64,000 nt of DNA, from assembly GCA_050260635.1 (NCBI GenBank), contig JBLNCL010000006.1, positions 68,808-132,807 of the forward strand, given 5' to 3'. The notes below the pieces were generated by a model. The model had not been told where the DNA came from. It worked only from the letters and a program-made list of their open reading frames with translations, and did no database searches. Positions 8,469 to 18,376 of the stretch are shown here, in pieces. The first letter of the stretch is position 1. Each line of letters starts with the position of its first letter. The position numbers and the translations under genes are program-made. This DNA comes from Betaproteobacteria bacterium (GTDB taxonomy: Bacteria > Bacillota > UBA5301 > DYFA01).

Positions 8469-10991
8469 TCAAAGCATTGCCTGCGGGTCCACATCTAAGT
8501 TCACCCTGAGGTTCTCGTCCCACCGGCGGATTTCCTCCGCCGCCGCTCGCAAAGCTATCCGACTCGACCGCCCCAGCTTCCCTTTGACCAGCACCTGGAA
8601 CCGGTACAAGCCACGCAATCGGGCCAGGGGCGCCGGGCTCGGACCCAACACGGTCGCCGTCTCCCCGACCATCTTGCGCACCTCCGTCGCCAGGCGCTCC
8701 GCCCCTTCCCTGGCCCGCCCCTCTGCCGCGTCCGCGACCGTGAGGAGGACCAGCTCACTGAAGGGCGGATACTCGGCGATCCGGCGGAAGGCGATCTCCC
8801 GCTCGTAGAATAGAGCGTAGTCGTGGCGGCTCGCCGCCACCACGCTGTAGTGGTCGGGATTATAGGTTTGGATGACCACCTCGCCCGGCCGCTCCCCGCG
8901 ACCGCTCCGTCCGGCGACCTGCGCCAACATGGAAAATGTCCGCTCCGCCGCCCGGAAGTCCGGCAGCCCCAAGGCGGTGTCGGCGGCCACCACCCCCACC
9001 AGAGTGACACCCGGCAGATTCAGCCCCTTCCCGATCATCTGGGTCCCCACGAGGACGTTCCATTCCCCCCGGGCAAAGCCTGCCAAGATCCGGGCGTGCG
9101 CCCCCTTCCGCCGGGTGGTATCAACATCCATGCGGACCGGTCTCGCCCCCGGGAAAATGCGGCGCACCTCTTCCTCGACCCTTTCGGTGCCCACTCCGAA
9201 GTGGCGGATGTAGCGGCTCCCGCAGGAGGGGCAGGTCACAGGGGCAGGCGCTGAGTGCTCGCAGTAGTGGCAGGCCAACCGATTTTCCGCCGCATGGTAG
9301 GTCATCGCCACGTGGCAGAAGGGGCACCTCACCACCAATCCACAGGCGCGGCAGAGCACGACCCGGCTGAAGCCACGGCGGTTGAGAAAGAGGATGACCT
9401 GCTCACCGGCGGTGAGCCGCGCCTTGACCGCTTCCTGGAGCCGGTGACTGAAGATCTCTCTATTCCCGCCGGCCAGTTCCGCCCGCATGTCCACCACGTG
9501 GACCTCCGGCAGGGGTCGTCCCAGCGGCCGCCGCCCCAGGCAACTCAAGTGAAACTCGCCCTGCGACGCTCGATAATAGCTTTCCACGGAAGGTGTGGCG
9601 CTTCCCAGAATTGCCACTGCGCCCTCCGCCGCGGCCCGGGCGAGGGCCACCTCCCGCGCATGGTAACGCGGGCTCTCTTCCTGCTTGTAGGAGCTCTCGT
9701 GCTCTTCGTCAACCACCACCAGGCCCAGGTCCGAAACCGGGGCGAAGACCGCCGACCGGGGCCCTACCGCCACCCTCGCCTCGCCCCGGGCCAGGCGCTG
9801 CCACTCGTCGTATCGCTCGCCCGCCCCCAGCCGGCTGTGGAGAATCGCCACCTGATCACCAAAGCGGGCGCGGAACCTCGTTGCCAGCTGCGGAGTCAGG
9901 GAGATCTCCGGGGTGAGGACAATCACTCCCCGGCCGCGGGCTAGCGCTTCGGCCGCCGCCTCCAGGTAAATCTCCGTCTTTCCGCTCCCTGTAACGCCGT
10001 GGAGCAGTACCGGTCGCGGCCTTGCTGCCCTAGCCGCCGTCCTGATGGTTTCCAGCGCCGCCCGCTGGTCCGGGGTGAGCCTGACCGCCGCAAAGCTCTC
10101 CTCCCACCCGGCCTCCTGCGGCGCACGTCGAACCGCCCTGCTGACCGCTGTGACTATGCCCTGCCGCACCAGCGCCCGGACTGCGCCCTCGCCGATACCT
10201 GCGGCAGCCAGTTCCTCCCGAGTCGCCCCCTCGGGCCGGGCCACCAGGAAAGAGAGCGCCTTCCGCCGGGCCGAAGTCACCCGGCCCCCGACCTCCGCTG
10301 CCAATAAGGACCTCGCCGCGGTTTCAGAGACGCAGTAGCAACGGACCAGCCGCGGGCCGACTCCCTCTCGGACCTTGCCTGCGACCACCAAGCCCCGTGC
10401 CACCAACGTCTCGACCGCCCGAACCGCCCGCTCGCCGCCCCACCGGCGGAGGTCCGCCCGCGTAAGCGGGGCCTGCTGGGCAGTGAGCCGCGCCCACACT
10501 TCGGCCGTGGCCCCTTTCAGGGGAGGGCTCATCGCCGCCGTCCGCGCACCGGGCGCCGGCCGGTAGGCCACCTGAAGCTCCCCGGCCACTCCCGGCGGGG
10601 CGAAGAGCGAAAGCACCTCCCGCCAGCCGCAAAGATAGTGTTCGACCAACCACTCGGCGACCGCCAGCGCCTCTCCGGAGAGTGGCGGGCAGGCTCCCAC
10701 CACGCCGGCGATCGCCCGGAGCCGCTCTTCCGGCACCTCCGCCTTCCCCTTCAGCCGGATTACCCAACCTTCGACCGTTCTGGAGGGGCCAAAGGGCACC
10801 CTGACCCGCCAACCCGGGGTGGCCGTCCCAGCCAGCTCCGGGGGAACCAAGTAGTCAAAAGGCCGGTCGATCTCCCGGCCGGCCACGTCCAACACCACTT
10901 CGGCGACGAGCTTGCTCGTCGACCCGGCAACTAGGCCTTCCGCCGGCTGGCCGGTTTCCCGCCCTTCCATCGCGCCACCACCGCGTCCCAT
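8469..10991 (-). CDS. priA: Primosomal protein N' (PriA helicase)
   Basis: 840 aa. Walker A (LHGVTGSGKTEIY), DEEH box, Cys-rich zinc-binding region (CRACGLVVRCPFCHVAMTYH...CHYCEHSAPAPVTCPSCGS). Confidence 0.92.
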   Translation of the reverse strand: MGRGGGAMEGRETGQPAEGLVAGSTSKLVAEVVLDVAGREIDRPFDYLVPPELAGTATPGWRVRVPFGPSRTVEGWVIRLKGKAEVPEERLRAIAGVVGACPPLSGEALAVAEWLVEHYLCGWREVLSLFAPPGVAGELQVAYRPAPGARTAAMSPPLKGATAEVWARLTAQQAPLTRADLRRWGGERAVRAVETLVARGLVVAGKVREGVGPRLVRCYCVSETAARSLLAAEVGGRVTSARRKALSFLVARPEGATREELAAAGIGEGAVRALVRQGIVTAVSRAVRRAPQEAGWEESFAAVRLTPDQRAALETIRTAARAARPRPVLLHGVTGSGKTEIYLEAAAEALARGRGVIVLTPEISLTPQLATRFRARFGDQVAILHSRLGAGERYDEWQRLARGEARVAVGPRSAVFAPVSDLGLVVVDEEHESSYKQEESPRYHAREVALARAAAEGAVAILGSATPSVESYYRASQGEFHLSCLGRRPLGRPLPEVHVVDMRAELAGGNREIFSHRLQEAVKARLTAGEQVILFLNRRGFSRVVLCRACGLVVRCPFCHVAMTYHAAENRLACHYCEHSAPAPVTCPSCGSRYIRHFGVGTERVEEEVRRIFPGARPVRMDVDTTRRKGAHARILAGFARGEWNVLVGTQMIGKGLNLPGVTLVGVVAADTALGLPDFRAAERTFSMLAQVAGRSGRGERPGEVVIQTYNPDHYSVVAASRHDYALFYEREIAFRRIAEYPPFSELVLLTVADAAEGRAREGAERLATEVRKMVGETATVLGPSPAPLARLRGLYRFQVLVKGKLGRSSRIALRAAAEEIRRWDENLRVNLDVDPQAML

Positions 10992-12154
10992 ATCCGTTCG
11001 GCAATCTCGCTCTTCGGCCGCTCAGTCAGTTCCGCCACTGGCCCGTCTGGACCGAGGATGACCACGCTGTTCGTCTCGGACTCAAAGCCGCTGCCGGCCA
11101 CGCCGACCAGGTTGGCGACAATCAGATCGAGCCCCTTGTCCCGCCGCTTCGCCTCAGCGTTGACGAGCAGGTTCTCCGTCTCGGCGGCGAACCCGACCAG
11201 AATCTGTCCTGGGCGGCGCTGCGCCCCCACCTCCCGGGCGATGTCCGGGTTGGCGACCAGCTGCAGGACAGCCTCGCCGGCCGTCCGCTTCAGCTTATGT
11301 GGAGCCTTCACCGCCGGCCGGTAGTCGGCCACAGCGGCCGCTAGGACGATCGCGTCCGCCTTGGGGGCCAGCTCCAGAGTGACTCGACGCATCTCCTCGG
11401 CCGTCTCGACCTGCGTCACCCGGACTCCCGCCGGGGGAGCCAGCGCCACCGGGCCGGAAACCAGATCGACCTCGGCGCCGCGGCGGTGGGCCGCTTCGGC
11501 CAAGGCATAACCCATCCGTCCGCTCGAACGGTTGGAGAGGAAGCGGACGGGGTCAAGGGGTTCTCGGGTCGGTCCAGCGGTGATCACAATCCTCCGCTCG
11601 CCCAGGTCGGCAGGCCCCAGCAGCCGCTCCGCCGCCCGCAAGATGTCCTCCAGCGGCGCCAGCCGCCCCTCCCCAACCTCGCCACAGGTCAACCACCCGG
11701 AGGTGGGACCGACGAAGTGGTAGCCGAAGCCTTTCAGCCGTTCGACGTTGGCCTGGACCACCGGGTTTCTCCACATGCGGACGTTCATCGCCGGGGCGAA
11801 GAGCACCGGGGCCTGTGTGGCCAGGACGGTTGTGGTCAGGAAGTCGTCCGCCACCCCGGCAGCTATCTTGCCCAGCACATTGGCAGTGGCAGGCGCCACA
11901 ATCAACAGGTCCGCCGCCGCGGCCAGGCTGACATGGGCCACTGGCCGTCCGGCGAGCCCGTCGAACAAGTCGACGCAAACGGGATTCCGGGAGAGCTCCC
12001 GCAAACTGGCGGGAGCAACCAGGTTGGCGGCCGCCTTGGTCATGATGACGTTGACTTCGGCCCCGGCCCGCGTCAACTGGCTGACCAGGTCACATGCCTT
12101 GTAGGCGGCGATGCTGCCGGTCACGCCAACGACGACCCGTTTCCCTTCCCACAT
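10931..12154 (-). CDS. coaBC: Bifunctional phosphopantothenoylcysteine decarboxylase/phosphopantothenate-cysteine ligase CoaBC (Dfp)
   Basis: Conserved start MWEGKRVVVGVTGSIAAYK (flavoprotein domain), then a C-terminal CoaB domain. The listed ORF (to 12436) has a 94-aa extension that overlaps rpoZ in another frame. I trimmed to ATG 12154. Confidence 0.9.
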   Translation of the reverse strand: MWEGKRVVVGVTGSIAAYKACDLVSQLTRAGAEVNVIMTKAAANLVAPASLRELSRNPVCVDLFDGLAGRPVAHVSLAAAADLLIVAPATANVLGKIAAGVADDFLTTTVLATQAPVLFAPAMNVRMWRNPVVQANVERLKGFGYHFVGPTSGWLTCGEVGEGRLAPLEDILRAAERLLGPADLGERRIVITAGPTREPLDPVRFLSNRSSGRMGYALAEAAHRRGAEVDLVSGPVALAPPAGVRVTQVETAEEMRRVTLELAPKADAIVLAAAVADYRPAVKAPHKLKRTAGEAVLQLVANPDIAREVGAQRRPGQILVGFAAETENLLVNAEAKRRDKGLDLIVANLVGVAGSGFESETNSVVILGPDGPVAELTERPKSEIAERIWDAVVARWKGGKPASRRKA

Positions 12155-12168
12155 TGTCGCTCGCCGCC

Positions 12169-12396
12169 TCACTTGGGTCCGGGGCGCGCCGATGACCTCT
12201 CCGACTGGACGTAGTCCTGAGCGATCTCCCTCAAAGCGATTGAGACGGGCTTCTCGCTGTCGCCCGGCACGATCTTTTCCTCGCCGGCCATCAACTGACG
12301 GGCGCGCTTGGCCGCCATGACAACCAGGGCATACTTGCTGTCGACCTTCTTCATCAACACGTCCAGCGACGGCTCCATCATCTCGGACTGCGACAC
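12169..12396 (-). CDS. rpoZ: DNA-directed RNA polymerase omega subunit
   Basis: 75 aa (…LDVLMKKVDSKYALVVMAAKRARQL…). Conserved gmk-rpoZ-coaBC order. Confidence 0.85.
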   Translation of the reverse strand: MSQSEMMEPSLDVLMKKVDSKYALVVMAAKRARQLMAGEEKIVPGDSEKPVSIALREIAQDYVQSERSSARPGPK

Positions 12397-12454
12397 TCCT
12401 TCTCCTTAAGCCATCATGTGGTGTTGGCGGGTCCAATATGCGAACGCACCCCGC

Positions 12455-13081
12455 CTAGCTTTCAAAAAAGCCGCGGAGGTACTCCTCGCCCAGCCGCTCG
12501 GTCCGGCACGACTCCGCAGTCAGGATGGCTTCGAGTTCCCTGACGGCGGCCGTGACTTCCCGGTTCCATACCACGTATTCATATGACGGAAGGGCGGCAA
12601 TCTCCTCCTTCGCCACTGCGAGGCGACGGCGGATCGCCTCCTCAGCGTCGGTCCCCCGGGACCTGATGCGGGCCTCAAGGACCTCCCAGGAGGGAGGAAG
12701 AAGAAAAACGAGCACCGCTTCCGGCATGGCCCCCCGTACCTGCATTGCCCCCTGGACGTCGATGTCCAGCACGACGTGGTGCCCAACGGCCAAGTGACCC
12801 TCCACGTAAGGGCGGGGAGTCCCGTAACGGTGCCCACAAAACTCCGCCCACTCCAAAAACTCCCCGGCAGCTACCCGGCGGGTGAACTCCTCCTCGGAAA
12901 GAAAGAAGTAATGCTTGCCATGTATCTCCCCAGGGCGAGGTGGGCGGGTGGTGGCTGAGATCGAGTACTTGACCTGGGGGTTCCGGGCGATGAGTGCGTT
13001 CAGCACCGTGTTCTTGCCCACACCTGATGGCCCGGACAGGACCAACAGGATTCCCGGCCGTTCCCCCGTTACCTGGCGCAT
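12455..13081 (-). CDS. gmk: Guanylate kinase
   Basis: 208 aa. P-loop LVLSGPSGVGKNTV. Confidence 0.92.
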   Translation of the reverse strand: MRQVTGERPGILLVLSGPSGVGKNTVLNALIARNPQVKYSISATTRPPRPGEIHGKHYFFLSEEEFTRRVAAGEFLEWAEFCGHRYGTPRPYVEGHLAVGHHVVLDIDVQGAMQVRGAMPEAVLVFLLPPSWEVLEARIRSRGTDAEEAIRRRLAVAKEEIAALPSYEYVVWNREVTAAVRELEAILTAESCRTERLGEEYLRGFFES

Positions 13082-13094
13082 AGCACGACCTTTC

Positions 13095-13361
13095 CTAATC
13101 GGACACGTCTACCCCGGCATCCTTCGAGATCAGTCGGTGAGCCACCGTTTCCGGCTGAACTGCGGACAGGATGACGTGGTCTGAGTCGGTGATCACCACC
13201 GCCCGGGTGCGCCGCCCGTAGGTGGCATCGATCAACATCCCCCGGTCGCGGGCTTCCTGAATGATCCGCTTGATCGGTGCCGACTCCGGACTGACGATTG
13301 CCACGATGCGATTAGCCGCAACGATGTTTCCGAACCCTATGTTGATCAGTCTGATGTCCAT
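13095..13361 (-). CDS. remA: RemA/YlzA (DUF370) biofilm/extracellular-matrix regulator
   Basis: 88 aa ([77 protein letters not shown]). Firmicute yloC-remA-gmk context. Confidence 0.85.
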   Translation of the reverse strand: MDIRLINIGFGNIVAANRIVAIVSPESAPIKRIIQEARDRGMLIDATYGRRTRAVVITDSDHVILSAVQPETVAHRLISKDAGVDVSD

Positions 13362-13373
13362 GCTTCGCCTCCC

Positions 13374-13682
13374 TTACCCGAGCTTGGCCAACAGCGCACC
13401 GCGCTGCCGCTGTCCCAGGCCCTGAACCCGCCGGCTCTCGTCGATGCCGATCTCCTCCATGATCTTCCGGGTCGTTACCCTCCCGATCTTCGGAAGAGAC
13501 TCCAGGAGGTACGCCACCCGCATCCGGGCGACCACCTCGTCGTTGTCCCGGCGGAGCACTTCGGCCAACGTCAACCTGCCACTCTTCAGCCGTCGCCGGA
13601 GATCAGCCCGCTTGCTGCGCATGTCCTGCGCCTTCCGGAGAGCCCTTTTCTTCTCCTCCGCAGTCAGCTTCGGCAGTGCCAT
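13374..13682 (-). CDS. Actinobacterial-type integration host factor (mIHF)-like DNA-binding protein
   Basis: 102 aa (MALPKLTAEEKKRALRKAQDMRSKRADLRRRLKSGRLTLAEVL...LPKIGRVTTRKIMEEIGIDESRRVQGLGQRQRGALLAKLG). By-eye collinear with mycobacterial mIHF, which also lies just upstream of gmk in Actinobacteria. Confidence 0.7.
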   Translation of the reverse strand: MALPKLTAEEKKRALRKAQDMRSKRADLRRRLKSGRLTLAEVLRRDNDEVVARMRVAYLLESLPKIGRVTTRKIMEEIGIDESRRVQGLGQRQRGALLAKLG

Positions 13683-13710
13683 CTTTCTTCACCTCCTTGC
13701 CCTGTACTGA

Positions 13711-14589
13711 TCATTCGATGTTCTGAACCTGCTCCCGAATCTTCTCCAGTTCCGCCTTGACGGCAATCACCTCTCGGGCGATCTGGACGTCGTTGGCTTT
13801 CGACCCGATGGTGTTGATCTCCCGGTTCATCTCCTGAACAAGGAAGTCGAACTTCCGCCCGACGGCGGCTTCGTCACCAGCCAGGATGGCCGCGGCTTCA
13901 CTCAGGTGGCTGCGAAGCCTGACCACCTCTTCGGCGATGCTGATCCGGTCGGCGACCAAGGCTACCTCCTGCAGCAACCGACCCTCGTCCACCGGAAAGT
14001 TGCCGAGGACCTCCCGCACCCTTTCTTCCAGGCGGGTCCGATACTCCTCGACCACCGCCGGCGCCCGGGCGGCGATCGTCTCGACCGCTCCGCCCACCGT
14101 TGCCAAGCGCTGCTCCAGGTCGGCGCGGAGGCGCAACCCCTCAGCTTCCCGCATGCGGACAAGCTCCTCCAGAGCGAGCGTCAAAGCCTCCTGCAAAGCC
14201 TCCCCCAAGGTTTCCGGATCGGTCGTCTCCTCCACTGCCACCACACCGGGCATGTTCAGGAGCATCTCCAGGGTCGTCTCACCGGGCAGGGCCAAGGCGG
14301 CCCGCAGCTCCTCCAGGGCCTCCCGATATCCGCGGGCCAAAGGGATGTCCACCCTTACCGGCCGGGGAACCTCCTCTGCTTCCTCAAGGCTGACGAAAAC
14401 CTCAACCCGCCCCCGGCTCAGCCGCCCGGCGACCATCGCCCGCACTTTGTCCTCGAACCCGGTCGCTGCCTTGGGCAAGCGCGGCGCCACGTCCAAAAAG
14501 CGATGGTTGACGGCCCGAGCTTCCACTGTGACCCGATAGCGACCCTGCACGGCCTCCCCCCGGCCAAAACCGGTCATGCTCCTGACCAT
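13711..14589 (-). CDS. yicC: YicC/YloC-family stress-induced endoribonuclease
   Basis: Conserved start MVRSMTGFGRGEA. C-terminal DUF1732 region. I trimmed the start from the listed 14640 to M18. Confidence 0.85.
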   Translation of the reverse strand: MVRSMTGFGRGEAVQGRYRVTVEARAVNHRFLDVAPRLPKAATGFEDKVRAMVAGRLSRGRVEVFVSLEEAEEVPRPVRVDIPLARGYREALEELRAALALPGETTLEMLLNMPGVVAVEETTDPETLGEALQEALTLALEELVRMREAEGLRLRADLEQRLATVGGAVETIAARAPAVVEEYRTRLEERVREVLGNFPVDEGRLLQEVALVADRISIAEEVVRLRSHLSEAAAILAGDEAAVGRKFDFLVQEMNREINTIGSKANDVQIAREVIAVKAELEKIREQVQNIE

Positions 14590-14668
14590 CAACCAGGCTC
14601 CTTCGCACTGTGTGCGCCTTGAAACGGCATACCTCGTCAAATTGAGTATTGTATTCCACCCGTTCCCG

Positions 14669-17500
14669 CTAACTCCTCCTGCCTACGGGGGTTTTTTCCA
14701 ACTGCACCGACGCCACCCCGCCCTTCCGCCTACCGAGCGCGGGTCGAAGGTCCCCGATCAGGCTGGCATACCCCGCCGCCACCAGGACCAGAAGCCAGTC
14801 GGAAGCCGAGAGTGGTACAGTGTGGAAGACGTCCGTCATGCCCGGGACGTAGAGCACTGCCAGTTGCATCAGGAAGCTTACGAGCACGGCAGCGAGCAGA
14901 CTGGGGTTGCCGAGGATCTGGTATGCAAGGCCGCCGGGAGTCTCCCGGCAGCGGAAGACGTAGAAGAGTTGAGCAAGGACCAGGGTGGTGAAGGCGATGG
15001 TCCGCGCCCGCTCTACCGGATAACCGAACGAGAGGCCGAGCAAGAAGACGCCCACGGTGCTCAAGCCGATCAGCGTCCCGGTGGTCAGAATTCGCCCGAG
15101 AAGACCTCCGCTGAAAATCCCTTCGGTACTCCGCCGGGGCGGGTGAGCCATCACGTCGCCACTCACCGCGTCGAGCCCCAAGACCAGGGCGGGCAGTCCG
15201 TCGGTGACCAGGTTCATCCAGAGGATCTGGATGGCCAAGAGCGGCAGCGGCAGGTTGAAAGCGACGGCCAGCGCCATCGCCAGGACCTCCCCGACGTTGC
15301 ACGTCAATAGGTATCGGATGAACTTTCGAATGTTCTCGTAAATCCTCCGTCCTTCCTGCACCGCATGGACGATGGTGGCGTAGTTGTCGTCCGCCAGGAC
15401 CATGGCCGAGGCCTCCTTGGCGACGTCGGTGCCCAAAAGCCCCATGGCGATCCCGATATCGGCTTGTCGGATGGCGGGGGCGTCATTGACCCCATCCCCA
15501 GTCATCGCCACCACCTCTCCGTTCTCCTGGAGCGCGCGGACCAACTTGAGCTTGTGCGCCGGCGAAACCCGGGCGTAAACGGAAACCCGGCGGACCACCT
15601 GCCGCAACTCCCGTTCCGTCATCGTCTCCAAGGCGCTTCCGGTCACCACCGGCGCCCCGGGCGGCGCCAGGCCCAGCTGCCCGGCGATCGTCTGCGCCGT
15701 GCGGGCGTGGTCGCCGGTGATCATCACCGTTCGGACCCCCGCCTTCCGCGCCAACCTGATTGCCGCCGCCGCTTCGGGCCGCGGGGGATCGTACAGCCCG
15801 ATCACCCCGGCCAGGACCAGTTCCCGCTCCCACCGTTCTTCCGCCCCTGCAGCCGCCAGTTTTCCCCCCATGGCCGGCTCCCGCGCCGCGGATGTCAGCC
15901 GGTAGGCCAGCCCAAGCACGCGTAGACCGTTCCCGGCCATCCGCTCCCCGACCGCCCTGATCTCCTGCCGCCGCCCCTCCGTCAGCGGGACCTCCGCCCC
16001 GCCCCCGGCCACCGCCCGGCACCGCTCCAGGACGACGTCGAGGGCCCCTTTGGTGCAGACTAGCCATTGCCCCTTGCCCGTCGCCCAAACCACTGTCATC
16101 CGCCGCCGCTCCGGGGTAAACGGGATCTCCGTCACCAACCGGTACCTCCGCTCATACTCCCCCCGGTCCAGTCCGGCCTTCGCCGCCGCCACCAGCAGCG
16201 CTCCCTCCGTGGGGTCGCCCTCAACCGACCACCCCTTGTCCATCGCCTGTGGCCTGCCCTTTCGCGCTGGCGGAACCAGCGTCGCTGTGTTGCAGAGGAG
16301 GCCGACTTCAAGAGCCCGTCGCAGCTCCGGCAAACCGGCAATGCGAACCGCTCTCCCGTCTTCCCGGAACCCCCCCTCCGGGCGGTAGCCCGTCCCCCCC
16401 ACGTCGTACAGGTGCCCCCCAACCCAGATTTGCCGGGCCGTCATCTCGTTCTTGGTCAGCGTTCCGGTCTTGTCGGCGCAGATCACCGTGGTGCAGCCGA
16501 GGGTTTCGACCGCCGGCAGGCGGCGGACAATCGCCCCCCGCCGACTCATCCGCTGGACTCCGGCAGCCAGGGCGACGGTCACCACCGCCGGCAACCCCTC
16601 CGGGATCGCAGCCACCGCCAGGCTCACCCCGGTCAGGAACATAGCCCGGACGGGCCGCCCCTGGGCCACCCCCAGGACGAACACCCCGAAACAAATCGCC
16701 CCGCATCCGGCAACCAGCCACTTGCCTAGTTCTTCGAGGCGCTTCTGGAGGGGAGTCGCCTGGTCCCCGGATTCGGCAATCAGGTGGGCGATTCGCCCCA
16801 TCTGGGTCTCCCGCCCGGTGGCCACCACCACGCCCCGCCCGTGCCCCCGGGTCACGAGCGTTCCGAGGAAGGCCATGTTATGCTGGTCAGCCACGGCCGC
16901 CTGCTCGTCTGGGAGGCTCTCCACCACCTTGGCCACCGGCACCGACTCCCCGGTCAAGGCCGCCTCGTCCACCTCCAGGGCTATCGCCTCGCAAAGCCGC
17001 AGGTCAGCGGGAATCCGGTCGCCCGCGTCGAGGCAAACGAGATCCCCCGGAACCAGTTCGGCCGCCCGGACGGACCGCGGCACCCCGTCCCGGATCACCC
17101 GGGCCATCGGCGCCGAGAGCTCCCGCAGCGCCTCCAGGCAGCGCTCCGCCCGATACTCCTGAATGAAGCCGAGGATTCCATTCAGCAAGACGATCAGGAG
17201 AATGGTGAGAGAATCGAGAATCTCCCCCAGCGCCGCTGAGACGAGGGCCGCCCCCAGCAGGACCACCACCATGAAGTCCGCAAACTGAGCCAGGAAGACG
17301 CGCCAGGCGGACGGGCGCGGCCGGGAGGCCAAGACGTTCGGACCCACCTGCGCCAGCCGGCGCCGGGCCTCGCTCTCTCCCAAGCCGGTCCGGAGGTCTG
17401 TCTTGAGCTGGGCCGCCACCGCCTCTGCCGGCCAAAGGTACCGTTCCGGTTTCGCCACCCGCCTCACCCACTTTCGCCGAAACCTATGCCTGCTTGGCAA
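14669..17500 (-). CDS. Calcium-translocating P-type ATPase (type IIA, YloB-like)
   Basis: 943 aa. Phosphorylation motif ICADKTGTLT. Hinge MTGDGVNDAPA. TGES loop. 10 predicted TM. Same position as B. subtilis yloB, next to yloC. Confidence 0.9.
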   Translation of the reverse strand: MPSRHRFRRKWVRRVAKPERYLWPAEAVAAQLKTDLRTGLGESEARRRLAQVGPNVLASRPRPSAWRVFLAQFADFMVVVLLGAALVSAALGEILDSLTILLIVLLNGILGFIQEYRAERCLEALRELSAPMARVIRDGVPRSVRAAELVPGDLVCLDAGDRIPADLRLCEAIALEVDEAALTGESVPVAKVVESLPDEQAAVADQHNMAFLGTLVTRGHGRGVVVATGRETQMGRIAHLIAESGDQATPLQKRLEELGKWLVAGCGAICFGVFVLGVAQGRPVRAMFLTGVSLAVAAIPEGLPAVVTVALAAGVQRMSRRGAIVRRLPAVETLGCTTVICADKTGTLTKNEMTARQIWVGGHLYDVGGTGYRPEGGFREDGRAVRIAGLPELRRALEVGLLCNTATLVPPARKGRPQAMDKGWSVEGDPTEGALLVAAAKAGLDRGEYERRYRLVTEIPFTPERRRMTVVWATGKGQWLVCTKGALDVVLERCRAVAGGGAEVPLTEGRRQEIRAVGERMAGNGLRVLGLAYRLTSAAREPAMGGKLAAAGAEERWERELVLAGVIGLYDPPRPEAAAAIRLARKAGVRTVMITGDHARTAQTIAGQLGLAPPGAPVVTGSALETMTERELRQVVRRVSVYARVSPAHKLKLVRALQENGEVVAMTGDGVNDAPAIRQADIGIAMGLLGTDVAKEASAMVLADDNYATIVHAVQEGRRIYENIRKFIRYLLTCNVGEVLAMALAVAFNLPLPLLAIQILWMNLVTDGLPALVLGLDAVSGDVMAHPPRRSTEGIFSGGLLGRILTTGTLIGLSTVGVFLLGLSFGYPVERARTIAFTTLVLAQLFYVFRCRETPGGLAYQILGNPSLLAAVLVSFLMQLAVLYVPGMTDVFHTVPLSASDWLLVLVAAGYASLIGDLRPALGRRKGGVASVQLEKTPVGRRS

Positions 17501-17524
17501 AAAAAATGCACCCCGCAGGGTGCT
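17500..17524 (-). terminator. Rho-independent terminator downstream of the TPR gene and upstream of the ATPase
   Basis: Minus-strand RNA GCACCC-UGCG-GGGUGC followed by UUUUUUUU. This is the plus-strand A8 run at 17500-17507. Confidence 0.6.
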
Positions 17525-17555
17525 CCAGCGCAGCTACAAGCCCATTTGTCGCAAC

Positions 17556-18251
17556 TCAGCCGGTCTCCTGAGGGCGTTGGCTCGCTCCAGCGTCTGTCCC
17601 CTTCAGCCGACGTAGCGTCTCCGCCACCCCGGGGTAGCCGGGGTCCAGGCGCAGCGCCAGTGCGAAAGACGTCTTCGCCTCTTCCAGCCGGCCGACCGCC
17701 AGATAAAGCTGACCTACCGCCACCAGGGCTTGGCAATCCTCAGGGTTGTCCGCCAGGAAGCGCCGGTATTCCTCGATCGCCTCCTCGTTCCGACCCAACC
17801 GGGCTAACCCCTCCGCCAGCCCCCGTCGGGCTAAACCCAGCGAAGCGTCCGCTGCCAGCGCCTCCCGGTACAGCCCGAGCGCCTCGTTGAGCCGGCCCCC
17901 GTCGGCCAGAAGCCGCGCCTGGAGGGCCCTGATGACCGCCGGGCCCAGGGCGGCCGGGTCGGGGGGAGCCACGTGTGCGGCCTCGGCGAGGACTGCCGCC
18001 GCCCGCTCGGGCTGCCCCATGGCCTCCCTGAGGAGGCCTTCAAACACCAGCACCTCCACGGTTCCCTCCGCGGCAGACTTTTCCAGCTCATGGAGGGCCA
18101 TCTCCGGCAGACCCATCTGGAGATAGAGCAGACTCCGCTCCAGCCCGGTCCCGCGCTTCGCCGCGACGCCGGGGGATCCTGCCACTACCGGCGCCAACGC
18201 CAGCAGGGCGAGGAGCGCCCCGCCCCACCGGCGGCTGAACTTACACCTCAT
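17556..18251 (-). CDS. Secreted/lipoprotein-like TPR-repeat protein
   Basis: 231 aa. Signal peptide MRCKFSRRWGGALLALLALAPVVAG. Multiple Ala/Leu-rich TPR-like helices. Confidence 0.7.
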   Translation of the reverse strand: MRCKFSRRWGGALLALLALAPVVAGSPGVAAKRGTGLERSLLYLQMGLPEMALHELEKSAAEGTVEVLVFEGLLREAMGQPERAAAVLAEAAHVAPPDPAALGPAVIRALQARLLADGGRLNEALGLYREALAADASLGLARRGLAEGLARLGRNEEAIEEYRRFLADNPEDCQALVAVGQLYLAVGRLEEAKTSFALALRLDPGYPGVAETLRRLKGTDAGASQRPQETG

Positions 18252-18327
18252 TTGCTAACCACCAGCCTCTACTTCGGCGGGACGCCCGCCCCCTCCTCCC
18301 TGGCCCGCCTTCTCCCCAAAGCTGGCA

Positions 18328-18356
18328 TTGTCCCCCCTGTCAGGCGATGGTATACT
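18328..18356 (+). promoter_or_regulatory. Putative sigma-A promoter of rqcH
   Basis: TTGTCC, 17 nt, TATACT. An SD GTGAGGTGG and an ATG at 18377 lie downstream. The listed ORF start at 18347 falls inside the -10 element. Confidence 0.45.
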
Positions 18357-18376
18357 GGAGCGTGAGGTGGCCTGAG

